Positions 1 to 13,454 are shown, counted from the first letter of the whole stretch. The stretch: DNA of 63,451 bases, filler included, from Octopus bimaculoides (GCF_001194135.2; 3 parts of 3 records of this genome joined end to end with filler, not necessarily neighbours in it), one strand, 5' to 3'. Made by a program: numbers and translations. Notes: generated from the sequence alone by a model not told the origin.

Positions 1-60
1 GAGAGGGAGAGGGAGAGAGAGAGAGGGAGAGAGAGAGAGAGGGAGAGAGAGAGAGAGGGA
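1..60. repeat. (GA)n microsatellite with GG interruptions
   Basis: Directly visible at the window start. Confidence 0.95.
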
Positions 61-479
61 GAAAAGAACATGTGCTATCATATTATTCCTTTATTTTATT
101 TGTTGCGCATGTTTGAGTATTTTGTCGCTCTGCTGTCTTATTGGTCACCCATCTTCTCTGATAAGGTCAAGTAAATGCAACCTATGACCCCATACTCTGT
201 CCGACGGCTAACGCCTTTACTTAGTAAACCAGTTCACTACGTAGTAATGTGCATCGGTATCCTAACCTACCACCTCCAGCTCCCCTCCAGCTCCCCTCCA
301 GCTTGCTTCCCTTTCTGGCTTGTACCTCTCGGCTGTTTAATTTGGTTGCTGCTTATCTCTCACTTGTATTTCTATTTCAATTTCCCAACGATGTGTTTGC
401 TTACCATAATGGCCCCATGGGATGCAACTAGTGATTGGATCTATAGTTGACGTCATGTGTCGCAGAATACAAAAACATA

Positions 480-3400
480 TGTAACAGATCTGTGGTAAGG
501 TCATCCGATCACAAAATGAAATATTTCATTTGGCTGGTAGATCCTTATTAACTCTCAGCATCTATATATTTCGAAATGCGTCTCCAACATGATAAATCTC
601 AATAACTTGATTTTCCTCATTCAACAGAGTAGTCAATCTTATATTAGTTCATTGCAAAGCATGTCCTATTGACTTTGAATGCTATTAGTTTAGAATGTCT
701 ACTGTATTACTTAGCCGTTCATTATTCTCTTAGAGAAAATTAACTCCAAGTGCAAATCGTATAAGTGAGCAATTTCCAGCATTTATTTCTTCTCGTTGTG
801 TTTCTATAATTATCAAGGCTTCACTAGCATAGACGAAATCTCTTTAAATGAGAGCTTTGAAAAGTGGCATTTTAATTCTTCTATGACTGAACAATTCGAA
901 ATAAATTTAAGTTTGCGCGCAGCTATCTATGATAATTTGGGCTTTTCAATTATCTGCTATTGTCAGATCCAAGATAACGGAAATCTGTAACAGTAAGAAG
1001 CTGAACTTCCCAGACGCTATACATGATTTTTTTATGTGACTGAGTTGAAGGCAGCAACATTACTTTGATATATAAATCATCAACTTTGGATCCAATTTTT
1101 TTCAGAGGGGCATTCAAATATTTTTTAGCTATCTTTGTGTTTCGAAAGAATTATCACTTATTCTTGCAACAACATTAATAAAGACGGATGAGGCATATTT
1201 TACAGCAGAAATCATCTATATAATATTTTGCAGACAATATGTTCATCTTCTTCAACATTAATCTAAGTTATAATCCAAAATAACTATGAAAATGTCAGGT
1301 GTGAAAGTACTTCTCTAACATACGTCTGAATTCCTCTCAAATATATCACAGGTTACTAGATATACAAATAATCATTGGTATAAATATACAAGAATATAAT
1401 AGCATAAATATATGAACATGGTACTCCAAAGAAACTCAATTGAAATGGTCCTCTATTTACGCAGTAAAATGCTTTAGAAAATAACACAACTTTACCAAGA
1501 GATTGTTTACTCGCGCATCAGACGTAGATGAATATTCTAAACGTGCATATTTGTACGATTTTCTTCTATTTAAGCATATTGAAGCCTCAGAATAAGTTTC
1601 TTCCTTATTATTTTTAGTATTGATAACCCTGTGCTTGCTCAAAGAATTTTCATACGTTCTGCGTAACATAAAGCTTTCTTTCATAAGTTCCAAGTAACTT
1701 TATCGGTTGAACAAAACTTGGGAACGTGTATCATATCTGACGCATGGACGCCAAAGAAATATATCTTCTGTATAACATGGGATACCCAGAACAGGCATGC
1801 GGTCCAACACATGAATGATATTATTCCCTGATTTTGTAGAAGACAGCTGTTTTGCTGGTTCCTCTCTTTTAGATTGTTACAAATATAGATATTTTTCATT
1901 ATCATCTCCAATCATTAAGGAATTCATAATTGGTGAAGTACGTTTCGCACAAGGAAAAATTTATAACACATTTGACGAAATTTCAACTAATCCGACCACT
2001 AAACCCCCGACTTCCTTAATTTAATTTTATTAAATGGCTTTCTGGATATATGAGGTGCACTAGATAAATTAACAATCACCCGTTCAGTGCTGCTGGATCA
2101 TTTAACTTTTCAAACTTTAAATTGCAGTTTTGGCCTACAATCCTAATGAGTATATCTTAAGAAGAAGAAATTTTCAATTTTCTGACGGTGGCAAGTAAAT
2201 TCATATTTGCTTCTAGCATCATGGCACTGCATAATTTCACGGATCATTCAACATTTTAACTTAATATATTGTATTAGACGGTTTTGCTGTATGTGCTGTT
2301 TTTGAATTACTGTTACCTACAGCGTGTTGTCTCGATTCTTTGAAAAGTTCTTTTCCAAACTGTAAACATATTTTTAAAATATTTCACTAAATACCAAATA
2401 CATTCGTAACTCGATCTGTTACATTCTCCTACATCTGCTGCTCTTACTGTTTCTCAGCTCTCAGACCTTGGACTAACGACTTCGATCAGAACTTTCTTCC
2501 CCGATTTATAACGAATAAGGATTTACGTTTAAGCTGCAAACATTAACCGAAAAATATTTAAGCTGAACATCAAGCTAGTATAATCTCTTGTTCGAATACA
2601 TGCCTCTGGTCTCTAACTGATTGCTTTTAGGTCATTTTTCTTTGAATTATGCTAACTACTTAGGCCACAAACGTGTTCTACTCTTTTCGGGTATAATTCT
2701 AAGTGATTTGGCCGCTGGATATAAGGCCGGACGAGTCTATTTCAATAACCGGGCGTACGATGGCTATTGGGATAGAAAAACGTGTCCACGCGAGGACGTC
2801 CTATTTCCAGACAATAAGCTTGTCCTTTTCCTTAATGGCATGCAAATTTGGAGAATTCTTAAATTTCGAAACTCTCCTTCTCAAGTGGAGCTGGTCTTCA
2901 TTGCCATTTGGTGTTTAAAATCGAAGATAATTTTATTAAATTAAAAAGATTTACTATACAGTATTTCATATACCTGATTTTGTCTATGTTGCACAAATAG
3001 ACACCACTGGCCACTTGGACTTATTTCTCTTAGCACATTTTACTTTAATCTAATCTAAGACAACTGACAAATTTCGTATGCATTATCAATCCTTTTCTGA
3101 CAAACTTCTATGCTATAAAAAAACAGAAGATGGAAATGCAAGAATGCATATTTATAACATTCTATGAAACATGCAATATAAGTTTTACAGACAAGCCCCA
3201 AAATATTCTATAAATTATCCTGATCTGGGAGATCTGGAATTATTCATGCAATAATAATGATACAACTTGGCAGGATTTCAGATATATTTACTGACACTCT
3301 GACGTTCATTAGAATAGCCTGTTTAGAAACCTGAAATGACAATGATAAACGTTCTTATTTTTCTAACATATACATCAACTCTGTCAAAAATTCCGTTCAG

Positions 3401-3560
3401 TCTTTGAATCACGAAATCCTTGGAAATGATTGATACCCATTTAAGCAGTTCAGGAGCCTATTTTCTATCATGAATGTAGTTTCCAGTTTTATATTTCCTG
3501 ATTGTCAAACCAAATTTAAAAGCACATTCTTTGAACCTTGTATACGATCTTCTTTACTCT
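480..3560 (-). mobile_element. Heavily decayed, near full-length RTE-clade LINE (APE endonuclease + reverse transcriptase)
   Basis: Manual minus-strand translation, across many stops and frameshifts, gives motifs in the correct order. APE-like VVSICAT (about 2990) and KLIVW (about 2810) come first. Then RT motifs TFTPDIFIVILDY (about 1270-1310), YIDD (1211-1222) and VTDFRYLGS (965-992). The C-terminal part reads KMPLFKALI*RDFVYASEA...LIRFALGV, resembling RTE KIRLF..TVESVLLYGSETW...LRFAL. Confidence 0.65.
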
Positions 3561-4013
3561 GTGATTCATTGCATGCAATTGTTAAAAAAAAATAAACAGT
3601 AACCTAAACTCTTCTAAAGTTATTTTTAAAATGCAGATGAAAATAATATAATATTCTTCTTCCGCTTCGTTCAGTAACAGTTATCTGGGAGCTTAGTCAT
3701 TGCTAACATTCTGAGTTATAGTACTGGTAACACTAACACACAAATATATATTCTGCGGAAGCTTCATATTTCACTGCATAATGTTTTTTCTATCAATGAT
3801 AACCGTTATCGACAATCTAGGACATTCTGTTCTCGTTTACGTTACTGTTGCAACATTAATGCGAACTTTTTTTTTATCACGGTCGTTATAGTCGTTATCA
3901 TGTCTAGTTGGTAAGCATAGACGATTCCATGTCACAATATTTTTGACATTTAACAAGTTTTGATATAGTATTTATCACAAGACTTTCAGAATACCATCCT
4001 TTATTTTTTTACG

Positions 4014-4014
4014 C

Positions 4015-4089
<75 letters not shown>
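4014..4089. repeat. (TAT)n microsatellite
   Basis: Directly visible. Confidence 0.95.
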
Positions 4090-4297
4090 CGTGCCATGAA
4101 GTTAGAGAATCGACGAATTTCAAACTCAATCAATTACACTGAGTTAAACTTTTTTTCTTCGTTCGGGTCAAGAAATATCGAAGTAGACTAAGTATATGCA
4201 ATTAGATTGCAAGAAACCTCGATCAGAATTTGGGGAATATATTCTACTACAATTATCAATTATTTTGAAAATTGAATAAAAATAAGGATAGCAAAAA

Positions 4298-4391
4298 TAT
4301 AACAACAACAATAACAACAATATCATCATCACCGCCACCACCACTACCAACAACAACAACAACAACAATAATAATGATAATAATAATAATG

Positions 4392-4459
<68 letters not shown>
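4298..4459. repeat. (AAC)n/(AAT)n compound trinucleotide microsatellite
   Basis: Directly visible; explains the poly-I and poly-T ORFs. Confidence 0.95.
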
Positions 4460-4460
<1 letters not shown>

Positions 4461-5644
4461 GCGTTTTATTTTTAATTCCAGAAACTTACATCTACTTCAT
4501 TTCTACTGCAACATTCGATTCAGTAAACACTATAATGAGATGTTGTATATAGAAAACTGTTTAATTGTCAATTTATGCTTCAAGAAATATTTCTCCTTGG
4601 GCAAGAAGTCAGAGACCTTTAATATCCTTACAGTTTGGCAGCAGTCATAAAACTGATTTGGAATTTGAGTGAGGGAGAAAAGAAAAACAACATTCAGTAC
4701 TACTTTCTCCCGAGCTTCTCTATCGTAAATTAAAAGTATTCTAGATAGCAGCTGTCACATTATAAATATCTCAGAAAATCGATTCTGCAATCTGCTGTTA
4801 ATATCGTTTGTTTATGTGTCTTTATTTTAATATTTATTTTTTCTCGCTTTTCTTTAGAGGAAAGAAATATAAAGTCATCGTTGTTGTTCAGAGCACATAA
4901 TGAACAAGCAAGAAAAAATAATGTAATTTGTGATAAGAAATGGAATACATGTACAGAGAAAGCTAAAACATACAAAACTTGCCAATAACGTATAGACACA
5001 ACAGATATCTTACAATGTCCGTCTGCATGTGAGAATATAGTGTTTACTTCCAAAATGTTTCAAAAATATGAATAAAAATTTGAATAAATGAAATTAAATA
5101 ATGGAGGATATCTTTTTTATATACATATATGGAATAGCAAGACAATATGTTATGAATAAATAAATAAGTAAAGATATGGTTATAATAGAGTAAGAAATTC
5201 TCTTTTAAAAAAATTTTAGAATGTTCCGGAAACTGAATATGTAACAATAACAAAATGACTTCAGAAATAACGTGCTAGTTGTCATAATATTTTACGTTTT
5301 TTTTTTTTCCTTTTTATATATACATTCAACACTAAATATAAGTAATTGAAGAAAACTAGAGTTTCTTGTGAAATTCAAGACTTATTCAATATGTATGTGT
5401 ATGCATGTGTGTGTATATATATAACTGTAATTTAGTTTACATTTTGACAGGAAATAGTATTTGAAAACTGTATGATAATAGATGAATTGTCAAACAAATA
5501 ACTCCTCTTTATATTTAATTTTCTAAAAACATAATATTTTTAGTGCACAATAAAAGGTATTTCCGGTAAACCGAGAAAAGGTATTAATTTAGCAGTAGGC
5601 AGAAGAATTTGATATTCTATGTTTAGTAACCAGCCAATCGAAGG

Positions 5645-5645
5645 T

Positions 5646-5704
<59 letters not shown>

Positions 5705-5830
5705 ATTACCCTCTCATACACACAAGCACGCTCGCACACATACACGTTTACCTGCTCATACACATTCACACGGAGACACCACATACACATACATGCATAC
5801 ACACGTGCACACATACATACACACACATAT
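5645..5830. repeat. (CT)n followed by degenerate (CA)n
   Basis: Directly visible. Confidence 0.9.
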
Positions 5831-8384
5831 ACACACATTGCTCACATTCTGCAAGTCTTTTTCAGCCCATACTCGAGTGCTTCATAACAACCAGTCATGC
5901 TTTGATAGTAGCTTGCTCAACCTTATCTTGTTTGGTAAATTCAACCCAACTTCGATTAGAGAATACACCGTTTGATCTCGTATCCAATCTGCTTACTTCT
6001 CACTACTAGCCTTATGAAATGGATCAATGATGTCTTACTGAGAAACATGAGGGACACATGTGAGATGGAAATGCAACTAAAAAAAAATTCGTAATGTAAT
6101 CGAACCTGCTCTTATCCTTACCCTCTTCATTAATTCTATGGTGTTCTCTGCATGGGATAATCTATGACGGACTGCAATGTCTACCTCCAAATTTGTGTGA
6201 ATCAAATTCCATCTACTGTTACACATTATTTGGTTGAGCTCCATCATTTAGGTAAACCCTGAATGGAATATTAAAAGGTGAACCGAACTATGTTGGAAGT
6301 TTTAACGAATGAACATTAAAGCATGAATTTCGATGAATCGAAACAAAGAAATAACAATTCTGGAACTGATTTTATGACAGGTAGAAGATGCATCTCAATG
6401 ATATTATTATTCATCTAACAACTGTTTATCTGTTTTAGAAATTCCCATTTCTATAACATACTAACGGTTATATGATGCATTTATTTCTCTCCTAGAATCC
6501 TTTATTTAAACAAAAAAAAACCTTAGATATGTACCTCTGCATGACTGCACTTTTATGTATTTTGATACCAGCCATTCATGCTCAAAACGCAGATTCGATT
6601 CCCAGTTTCGTTCCTTTTACACAGTTTTCTGCTGTTGAATAAGGTGCCCATTTCCTTTCCTTGAGTGGGAAATGTCTACGTCAAGTAAAAAGATAGGAAC
6701 GTAAGAAATACAAAAGACAAACTTTCAATCATCTAATAATAAGATTTCACTTTGCAGTCACATAAGTGTTTTCGTTATTCTGTTTTTAATGGCAGCTATT
6801 TCACTGCAACATACTCTGTAGTCTATTTATTAACTAAATTGTTCCCTTGCTAATAACTATTTGTTTCTAGTGAAAATAGAGAAAATTTAATTATCCGTGT
6901 GATTATTGCGGTTGGCGATTTAATTAAACTGGATGTAGTTGCTCTGTTCATGAATTGTTCTGCTTTCTGGACAAAATTAAATCGATGGGCAATATGAAGC
7001 GTTCTGCCAAGCACTAAAATATCGACCTTCTTCGTAGCTATCAAAGTCAACTCACTCCCCAGGTGAAGTTCAGATTTCAATATAAAAAATACTTTCTAGA
7101 TTCGGCAGGAAAAATAAAACAAAGACGAAAACAATACACTTAACTATAATGGAATTTTTATTCCAGGCTCCCTTAGCAAAACAGCACAATTGTATTTCTC
7201 AAAATCATGATGTAGAAAGTTTACAAGTTAACAATTCATTCCTCACAATGGCTACAATAAATGAAGCATAACAAAACTAGAGATCATTTTCCTTCCTACA
7301 CAAGAAGAAAATTACCATCAGCTATGACAAAAGTTACTTCATGCAAACATTCTCAGTGTCTCCAAAAATGTGGAGATTCGTTTTAGAACAACGACTTAAT
7401 GAATGAAATAAAGAAAAACTAAACAAAGCTAATTTTTTACCATTAGCCACTTCGGTGATATAAATGCTGAGATGTACACATTCTGAAGCCTGTGCTTGTT
7501 GTTCTTGCAACATGAATGTTTTTTTTTTGTTTTTTTAAAATACGTTTTCTTTTTGATTATGAGTAGCATATGCTGGCCTGATCGATAGTATTTAGCCGCG
7601 AGAGGTGGACCAATAGATTGCTCGTATCATTTCACCAATGCAGCATTTTATATGTAGTCAAAACACTTAACTTTCGTCAAGCAATAAATAAGAAATGTAT
7701 GAGTTCACCTAGTCGCATTAACAGCAGTAGCAGTGTAGAATTAACAAGAGTTAGTTTTGAAGAGATGGAAGAAAATACAAGTAAATATATGCTACTGCAT
7801 AATAATAAAAAATTCCCCGCCCGTCGATTTTCAATGTAACGTCTCTTTAACTATAATACTTGACAATACTTTTTATGGTAAATAATATTTAGTATTTATG
7901 TATAGTGGTTTTTACGTAAAGAAAATATTTCTAATAATTAACAAGAAACATAAATACGTGAAAGAATGATTTATGAGAATATTGAAGACACAGAGAACAA
8001 AATAATACCATCAAATATATATTTTATTATATATCGTAAAAGAAAGAAATGGGGGTGATACTCATAACATTTACATACATACTGAACTTTGAGAAGCTAC
8101 AAAAAATAACTTTACACTATTTAGTAATTTGTTTTACATAGAAAATGTTCCGTAAAACTAATGCAAGAAAATCATAACAAAAAATATGAGGAAGAATATA
8201 AGAGAAAAAACTAACAAACATAGAAGAGTTAAATGTTTCTTCAATTCGGTAAGGAAACGCATTAAAGTACATGAATCACTAGGAAGGAATATGAATTAAA
8301 ATAATAAAGCGGAGACTCTTATTGGAACGCGAAATAGATCAAGCGACAGAAAAATGAATCAGTCGGTAAAGACAATGAACCAGT

Positions 8385-8585
8385 TGGGTTCAAATTTTGG
8401 CACAAGACCAGAAATTTCGGAGGGGGAGGAGAAAAGTCGATTACATCAACCTCAGTGTTCAAGTGGTACTTTTTTTTTCGACCCCGAAAGGATGGCGGGC
8501 AAAGTCGACCTTGGCGGAATTTGAACTCAGAACGAAATGTCGATAAGTATTTTTCCTCTGCTAACGATTCTGTTAGTTAGCCACC
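8385..8585 (-). mobile_element. SINE family A copy (tail type 1)
   Basis: Reverse complement carries TTCTGAGTTCAAATTCCGCC (B-box-like), TTTCGGGGTCGA...AAGTACCA and GATGTAATCGACTT, shared with other copies in the window. Ends ...CTTGTGCCAAAATTTGAACC. Confidence 0.85.
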
Positions 8586-9014
8586 TTCATACTATGAACC
8601 AAGTGATATCATCAGTAGAGAACGTTGGAGTATGAGGAAAGAAACTTTTATCGACAATTGACTTCTACTAAAGAAAAGATGATCATGTGATATGTCATTG
8701 CTTAGTTAGGAGGAAATGTAATGTTTGAGACCGTCTTCAGATACTCCAATACTGGCAGGGTGTAGAGAGGGCAGTATCTTGAAACTAAACGTATTGCAAT
8801 AGTGCAGACATCGCTAAAAATATTCAAAATCTGGTTGGTGTTAAACCAATAAACGGATTGTGTCTACTGTCCAGTTCATATCTAAAGACGCCTAGTCAGA
8901 TAACAAGGACCAAGACTAGGTACAGTTGTGAATAAGCAATTAAAGATCAGTACAGACAAGAATAAATATATTTAGCAGGTGAAAGGAAAATGGTAGATTT
9001 AGAAAATATAATGG

Positions 9015-9150
9015 GCGTAGACAAAGCTGTGTGAGCAAAAAGTTCGCTTTGAAATCAGATGGTTTCGGGTTCAGTCCTACTTCCTGGTACTTGGGTGAGT
9101 ATTTTCCACTATATAGTTCCTGGTAGACAAATACCAACTGATGAGAAGAT
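9015..9150 (+). mobile_element. Decayed SINE family B head
   Basis: GGCGTAG..GCTGTGTG..GGGTTCAGTCC..CTTGGGTGAGT aligns to the family B head at 21405. Confidence 0.6.
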
Positions 9151-9259
9151 CAGTCGAGTATATTCGAAAGATCCGAAAGTACTCATAGGTATTTCCGGAA
9201 TAGCTTACAAAGATTACTCTAGGATGTATTACCTAAGGAAGGAAACTTCTCAAACAGAA

Positions 9260-9545
9260 ATTTGGCATTCCATCGGTTACGACGTCAATTGCTCCAGTTG
9301 ATCCGATCAGCGGAATGACATAGTTGTGAAATTAATTTGCAAGTGGTTGAGCACTCCACAGACACGCATACCCTTTAATGTAGTTCTCAGAGAGATTCAG
9401 CATGACACTGAATGTGATAAGGCTGATCCTTTGAATTACAGATACAACTCATTTTTGTCAGATGAGTGGACTGGAGTATCGCAAAATAAAGAGTCTTGCT
9501 TAAGGGCTCAATGCTTTGCCAGGAAATGAACTCACGACCTTACGA
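9260..9545 (-). mobile_element. SINE family D copy
   Basis: Reverse complement contains GAGAACTACATTAAAGGGTATGCGTGTCTGTGGAGTGCTCAACCACTTGCA, shared with 24480-24850, 34240-34525 and 47130-47430. Confidence 0.85.
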
Positions 9546-9579
9546 AATACAACTGTTGTAAATAAGTATTTCAAATATT

Positions 9580-9770
9580 TTGCTACAAGGGCAGCTCGGG
9601 GAAGGTGGAGATGAGCCGATTACATCGACCCCAGTGTTCAACTGGTACTTATTTTATCGAGCCCAAAAGGATGACAGGCAAAGTGGACCTCGGCGGAATT
9701 TGAACTCAGAAGGTAGCAACGGGCGAAATACCGTTTCGTCCAGCGTACTAACGATTCTGTTAGCTCACCG
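9580..9770 (-). mobile_element. SINE family A copy
   Basis: AATTTGAACTCAGAA, GGTACTTATTTTATCGA and GATTACATCGACCCCAGT blocks as in other family A copies. Confidence 0.85.
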
Positions 9771-10619
9771 CATTAACTGTTGTAAATAATAATTAATGAC
9801 GACAAATGTAGGATTGTTACAAAAAAGTAATTTTGATCTGTAACATATGTGGAGGTTTTTAATACAACTCAGTATATTGCGTTATTTACGTTGAGTGGAT
9901 CTCTCATAATTTAAGTGACGCAATATTGAGTATTCTAACACAACCTCCACGTTACGATGGAGATCAAGATAACAGTTGCAAATTTCTACAAATCTTTTGT
10001 AAATTTAACCCAGATACAGAGAGGGATGGCAGAGGGAGGATCAATACAAACAACAGATTGGAGCTACGGTTACATCAATCTTAAATATTCTGACGATTAT
10101 TTCAGAGTGACGGGAGCGGAAAAGGCGATATTATCAACAACTTCCATTCCGAAATTGTGCCATAGAACATATAATAGTTGGAGGAATGAGGAGTTTGGAA
10201 AATAGAAAAGTAAAATAACTAAATAGCGTACAACATCATATTTTGTTCTTCTGTGTTCAGAATCCAGATTCAGCTTTGCGGCTTCGCTTGCTAACTTTAA
10301 GAAGCAAATAATGTATTGCTAGCAATTCAATATTGAAAATACTGAAAGAGATAGTGCACGTAATTAATATATACATGTTCGTGAAAATAGAACATCCCAC
10401 TCTTTTCTGTCATCCTCTCTATCATTCTCTGAAGAACACTAAGAATGCCGCAGCTATTCGTTAAATAGCATTTGACACGTCACCATCTTATCGTTGGATT
10501 CTAGGCTACTTGGGAATATTACACTGTGATACGCTGCGTTGGTATAAGATAAAGTGGTTTCTGATTGTACCTGGGGCAGAAAGAGCGGGAGGGGCGGGTT
10601 TCAAGGATTTAAAATTTTT

Positions 10620-10960
10620 TTATCTTTAACTTGTTTCAGTCATTAGACTGGGACATCACCTTGGAGATCTTTTAGTGAAATGAATCAACCTCAATACTTA
10701 CTTTTTTGCTATGCCTGGTACTTATTCCATCGATCTCTTTTGCCGAACCGCTACCTCACGGGGACGTAAAATACACCAACACCGGTTGTCAATCAGTGGT
10801 AGAAGACAAACACAGGCACACAGACAAACAGGCTACCAAACCCACTTACAAATCCTTGATCGGCCCGAGGCCGTAGTCGTGGCTCGAGGTGCCACGCACT
10901 GAGACTAAACCTGGAACCACGTCGTTAAAAGGCAAACTTCTTGCCACGCAGTCAAGTCTG
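10620..10960 (-). mobile_element. SINE family B copy
   Basis: CTTGTTTCAGTCATTAGACTG..., CTCTTTTGCCGAACCGCTA and ACACCAACACCGGTTGTCAA match the reverse complement of 34600-34988 and 39415-39848. Confidence 0.85.
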
Positions 10961-12069
10961 TATCTATGTATTCTTTATTTGTAATTGCTTCGATCTGACT
11001 ATTATACTTTGATCGTCTTGTCTTGTATATGAAAAGGTAATGCAATTAGCAATCAGCAGAACAGTAACAAATAATATAATTATCGAATATGTATGAATGG
11101 CCAACTGAATATCAGCTGCTCAAAAGTTAGAAACTGTTGTCTGTTGACTTTTCGACTGATATATTTGAATTCTCTTTGTATTGGCAATGATGTCACAATT
11201 TTAATAAAAAGTGGAGACAGGAAAAGCTTGAAAGAATAATTCCTTCAGATACAATATCAAACGATGCTCCAAGCGTATATTGTCGATTTCTGAAATCAAG
11301 AGGAAGTGGAAACTAAAGTTAGACTATAGTATAAGTGGAAGGAAAGAGAGATTTTTCAAGCAAAACACAATGGAAGGGCAATGTAAAAAGTAAAATAAAT
11401 AACACTTGCGACATAGTATTTGCTACATTTGGAGAAAGCTTCCTTCCGTTGTGGAAAAAAAATTAAGTTGTTGAAATTGATGAATCATGTGCGAACAATC
11501 CAATTTTCCTTCTGTACATTAATGATGCCCTTCTTATTAGTTCTAATTACGCATGCATTAATGTGCAGATGCTAGCATCCATCATTTTCACCTAACAGCA
11601 GAACATGTACGTGACAGCTCAACCTGCTACGTCCTTCAAATTTCTCTGAAATCACACGCTAGTACAATAATAGGAGGATAGAACACATTAGATAATGTAA
11701 CTGTGCATATGCATGAAACGATGAAATAGAAATCGCTGCAATGCTTTTGATCATTGTTCTCGATCAGGAAGGACTTGTAGATAAACAATGACATCACTAG
11801 CAATAGCAACGCATATTAACCTTCACACATAAGCGCTATACCCACGTAACCAAACACCACACTTCAATCACGCATTACTTCCATGAACAGAGATCTCTAG
11901 TACAAATTCCAATGAAAATATGACGGCCAAGTATTCTTTGAGAACACCAAAGGCACAACACAATGGTTTTAAATTTTGGTGCAAGGCCACCAATTTCGGG
12001 GAGGGAGTAATTTTTCTCACACACAACATATATATGTGTTTGTGCATGAGTATATGATTGTATATATGC

Positions 12070-12461
12070 CTTCCCTATTTTCTTCTTAGTCCTTTCTATG
12101 GTGTTCCATGATTTGCTCCTATAGAGTGGGCAAATCCCATTCCTATCGTTGCGTTTGATTGTTTCAAACTTCTTCATAGCTCCTTTGTATACCCTGATCC
12201 TTTCTTTATGGCTGTAACCTGAGAACTGCATGCGGTGGACGAAATGTTGTATATGTCTCTTTAATTCTGTAGGGTCGCACATGCAGGAAACATTTCGCAT
12301 TACTCTGACGAGGTCTGCCATCAATATGTTGAATTTGGCATTGTCCGCAATAGCCGAGTTCCGGTGGATCAGGTATTTGGAGGCCATAGGGTTTGTATAG
12401 TGTGAATGGAGGATTCTGGTTTTATTGTTCTTAGTTTCTAGCCAGAGTTCAGTATCTAATA
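12070..12461 (-). mobile_element. Penelope-like element (PLE) RT C-terminal/thumb fragment
   Basis: Uninterrupted 130-aa frame LDTELW...HYTNPMASKYLIHRNSA...LVRVMRNVS...RMQFSGY...PLYRSKSW. It is more GC-rich than its flanks and is cut by the gap at 12462. The motif pattern is typical of invertebrate PLE RTs. Confidence 0.8.
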
Positions 12462-13403
12462 NNNNNNNNNNNNNNNNNNNNNNNNNNNNNNNNNNNNNNN
12501 NNNNNNNNNNNNNNNNNNNNNNNNNNNNNNNNNNNNNNNNNNNNNNNNNNNNNNNNNNNNNNNNNNNNNNNNNNNNNNNNNNNNNNNNNNNNNNNNNNNN
12601 NNNNNNNNNNNNNNNNNNNNNNNNNNNNNNNNNNNNNNNNNNNNNNNNNNNNNNNNNNNNNNNNNNNNNNNNNNNNNNNNNNNNNNNNNNNNNNNNNNNN
12701 NNNNNNNNNNNNNNNNNNNNNNNNNNNNNNNNNNNNNNNNNNNNNNNNNNNNNNNNNNNNNNNNNNNNNNNNNNNNNNNNNNNNNNNNNNNNNNNNNNNN
12801 NNNNNNNNNNNNNNNNNNNNNNNNNNNNNNNNNNNNNNNNNNNNNNNNNNNNNNNNNNNNNNNNNNNNNNNNNNNNNNNNNNNNNNNNNNNNNNNNNNNN
12901 NNNNNNNNNNNNNNNNNNNNNNNNNNNNNNNNNNNNNNNNNNNNNNNNNNNNNNNNNNNNNNNNNNNNNNNNNNNNNNNNNNNNNNNNNNNNNNNNNNNN
13001 NNNNNNNNNNNNNNNNNNNNNNNNNNNNNNNNNNNNNNNNNNNNNNNNNNNNNNNNNNNNNNNNNNNNNNNNNNNNNNNNNNNNNNNNNNNNNNNNNNNN
13101 NNNNNNNNNNNNNNNNNNNNNNNNNNNNNNNNNNNNNNNNNNNNNNNNNNNNNNNNNNNNNNNNNNNNNNNNNNNNNNNNNNNNNNNNNNNNNNNNNNNN
13201 NNNNNNNNNNNNNNNNNNNNNNNNNNNNNNNNNNNNNNNNNNNNNNNNNNNNNNNNNNNNNNNNNNNNNNNNNNNNNNNNNNNNNNNNNNNNNNNNNNNN
13301 NNNNNNNNNNNNNNNNNNNNNNNNNNNNNNNNNNNNNNNNNNNNNNNNNNNNNNNNNNNNNNNNNNNNNNNNNNNNNNNNNNNNNNNNNNNNNNNNNNNN
13401 NNN

Positions 13404-13454
<51 letters not shown>

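Noticed and set aside
1715-1830. Plus-strand GTCIISDAW resembling a Merlin/ISXO2 or hAT catalytic motif
   Set aside because: It lies antisense within the collinear RTE RT region, and the flanking transposase motifs are absent.
9128-9195. CTGATGA...GAAA hammerhead-like pattern
   Set aside because: CTGATGA corresponds to the AACTGAAAGAAG segment of a decayed family B SINE, and stem I does not pair at the junction; probably coincidental.
9900-10205. 82-aa ORF, possibly a CR1 3' remnant
   Set aside because: Only faint KGDII-like similarity; not enough to call.
11215-11490. VVEIDES and IIPSDTISND resembling Merlin transposase
   Set aside because: The motifs are in the wrong order and embedded in stops.
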